DNA of 64,000 nucleotides from Plasmodiophora brassicae (Eukaryota): NCBI GenBank assembly GCA_036867785.1, contig CP145415.1, positions 682,001 to 746,000 of the forward strand, read 5' to 3'. Shown piece by piece: positions 61,301 to 64,000 of this stretch (position 1 is its first letter; each line of letters starts with the position of its first letter). The notes under the pieces were generated by a model. It saw only the letters and a program-made list of their open reading frames with translations, ran no database searches and was not told where the DNA came from. The position numbers and the translations under genes were made by a program.

Positions 61301-64000
61301 CGTTCATCGCCGGTCATAACCTTATTTGGCAGTGGATTCCTTTCTCAACACAATAAGGTTGCCTCAATCAAGTTCGGTACAGCAAATGCCCCTGTTCGTG
61401 TGGTATCTTCGACCTCTATAACCTGTACAGTACCGTCTAGCAACTCGACCACAGTTGCCCCTGTCAATATTACTTTTGCCGTGCTCGGCAACGATGTGTC
61501 TGTTAGTATTGGTGCCTTGCAGTATGTCGCCGCGCTTCCGATATCCGTCGCCAGTATACCTAGTCCCGCACCTCCAACCGTCAGTCGTGTGTACCCGTTG
61601 CGTATCCACCCTGGCTCTGCAACGACTTTAGTTACGTTGGTTGGCGACATGTTCTCTGCGACGTCTTCTGTTCTTCTTGATGACGTGCCGGTTTCGCTAT
61701 CAGCCTTCTATTCAAGTAAAGTGATTGTTTGCAGTATACCAGCACAAGATCCAGCCGCGGCGGGAAAATACCATCTCCTGAAGGTGGCAAACGACCAGAG
61801 CAATTTTATATCCGCGCCATCGATTCCCCTGTTGTTCCTTGACGAGGTCACTGTTTCGTCAGTATCGCCCGCGACTGGTCAAGGTTCCCAGTGGCTTTCT
61901 ATTAATGGGTCTGGTTTCCTGAACGTATCCGACCTGGCATGTCGCATTGGGTCCTTTGTCACGTCTCGGGCAATGTTCGTCAGCAGTACAACCTGCCAGT
62001 GCTGGGTTCCTGCTGGGCTCGTTCCAGATTCGTACCCAATTTCAATCACTGTCAATGGACGTGACTACTTCGCAGGAGTGGCAAGTTCGTCCGTTTTCAC
62101 GGCCGTACCACTAGCGCTAGCGACGTCACGGTCTGTTTCGACATCAACAATCAGCGGAAGTGGTTTCGTCGCACCGCTGCAATGCAAATTCGGCCAGTCG
62201 TCGCCATGGCTCAATGCGTCGATCACGACGTCGGGAAGTATCGTTTGTCAGACAACTGTCCAGTGCGGGGCACTGCATCTTTCTGTCGATGGCGGTCTCA
62301 CAACACTGACATCGGCAAGCGTCATCTCAGTTCCTTGTGGAACAGCAAACGGATCATCCCTCATCCTGTCGTTCCTGAATCCACCATCTGGTCCCATTAC
62401 AGGTGGTACTCCAGTAACTGTACATGGCAGTGGATTTACAGACCTTCCCGATATCCCTGCATGTAGGTTTGGGGATGCCATCTCCAGTGCGGCAGTGCTC
62501 TTATCTGACACCGAACTTCTCTGTGTTGCTCCTTCCGCTACCGTCGTCGGTCCAGTCCTCGTTGGCCTAGTAGCGGAATCCTTTGTTGTTCCCAAATCTC
62601 TCACATATAACTTCACGATGTCGGCGCCTTATATATTATCAGTCGCTCCGAGTGCGTCTTCACCCTCTGGCGGAAGCGTTGTCACGTTCACCGGATCCAG
62701 TTTTGCTGGCTCGGCACTCTGCATAATTAATGCAACAATCGCTGGACCTGCCACATTCGCATCAAGTTCACTGGTTGTTGGCATAGCTCCCGAGTTCCGA
62801 ATCCCTGGACCTGCTAGTGTCGTTGTTGGTACTTCGTCGGCACTGCCCCTTTCGTCCTCGCATTCCTTCAATTACCGATCTCCAATGACGATATCGTCGG
62901 TTGCTCCATTCGGTGGTTATGCTGGAACCATCGTAACAATTACTGGCACTGGCTTCAATGACAGCTCCGACCCAACTGTATGCCTGTTTGGGACTGCTGT
63001 AGCTACGACGTACGTTGTATCAGACACCCAGGTTACATGCGTTGCTCCTCACGATCCTTTACCTCCCGGTCGAATTTCGTTGACGTTGTCCTCGTCGATC
63101 CTGCCGGCATCATCTTGGCCGAACGCCACCTTCACGTACTTACAAAAGGCTAGCCTACTGTTCGTTGCCATCGTTCCACCCGTTTCGGTCCTTGCACACC
63201 AAGGGTTTGACATCATTGGGTCGTCTTTCGACGATGTTTTTCCAGTATTCGTCCGACTGGGCTCATCAACCATCACTCAGTGTAGCAGAACCTCCTCAAG
63301 TTCACTAACATGTGAGGCGCCAAACGGGGTGACAACGTATCCGTCGGGGGTCACCGTTAGTGTCGCCTTTGGTTCTTCGTTATCGACTGCGTTCATAACC
63401 ACGAGTCTTGTGTACGTGCGTTTGCCGAACCCGACCGTAACTGTCGTGACGCCTTCACTTGTACCGCTCCGTGGTGGATCCCAAATAACCGTGCTTGGAA
63501 GTGGTTTCTCGCCACGGCTTAACCTATCGTGCAGGTTCGTCCCAGATGGTGCATCACCCATACTTCCGGCGGTCGTTATCAACTCGACTGCGCTTTTGTG
63601 TGTCTCCCCTAGCGGCCTGCCATCGTTAACCAGCATCGCGGTTCGCGTCAGAGTTGATTATGCAACCGAATTCGGAGGCGGCGCTTCCTCGACCTTCACT
63701 GTATACGATGACCGGATTTCGCTGATTGTGCCAACAACGGGACCTTGGACTGGAGGCACAAACGTTCGCGTGTACTTGCGTTCGGTTCCTCCTCCAAGCG
63801 CGGTCGTTATCTGTCGCTTTACGGCTCCCGCAGCGGTTCTCTTATCAACTGCACCTTTACCCGTTCCTTTGACTTCAGTCGTTAATTGTCCGACTCCGAA
63901 TTTCCAGGGTCCTGTCAATGATACACTTTTATCGGTGTCTCTCAATGGCGGTCACGATTTCACGTCGACAGACGTCGCGACGTTCTCGTTCCAGAATCCG
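46321..64000 (+). CDS. Giant secreted/surface protein: signal peptide + LamG/ConA-like domain + long IPT/TIG repeat array (3'-partial)
   Basis: Signal peptide MMRHPRTSFAVILSAFCLPVYLVRS, LamG motifs GYALQFDG, FTIMSWV, WVHVALV and FNGTMDEFRIY, then recurring P.(V/I).S(V/I).P..G...GGT.VT..G..F...C.FG...C..P units. Short introns join the ORFs. The last exon from 60083 reads in the same frame at the window end (…DVATFSFQNP). Confidence 0.92.

Overview
Gene-dense eukaryotic nuclear DNA with short GT-AG introns (mostly about 45-65 nt) and short intergenic gaps, so the six-frame ORF track splits most genes. Flagellar genes (RSP3, FOP), secreted ankyrin paralogs, a hevein-like secreted protein and the compact GC-rich style suggest a zoosporic protist parasite such as a plasmodiophorid (Plasmodiophora-like). 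That assignment is inference only. Recognisable genes: NOA1/YqeH GTPase, RPAP2/Rtr1, eIF3g, exportin-1, mevalonate kinase, WDR33/Pfs2, RSP3, a frataxin-like gene, a CCA-adding-enzyme homolog, two secreted ankyrin proteins, FOP, an LRR surface protein, SMC1, a multi-KH protein, a UBZ-ankyrin-Ariadne RBR E3, and a giant LamG + IPT/TIG-repeat gene running off the right edge. Best leads: a CCA-enzyme homolog with catalytic and templating motifs replaced, next to a frataxin paralog lacking its functional residues; a pre-miRNA-like hairpin in an apparently non-coding gap; the giant TIG protein; and a TA-flanked MITE-like element. No rRNA, tRNA or CRISPR array was seen. Exon models were built by eye and need RNA-seq confirmation.
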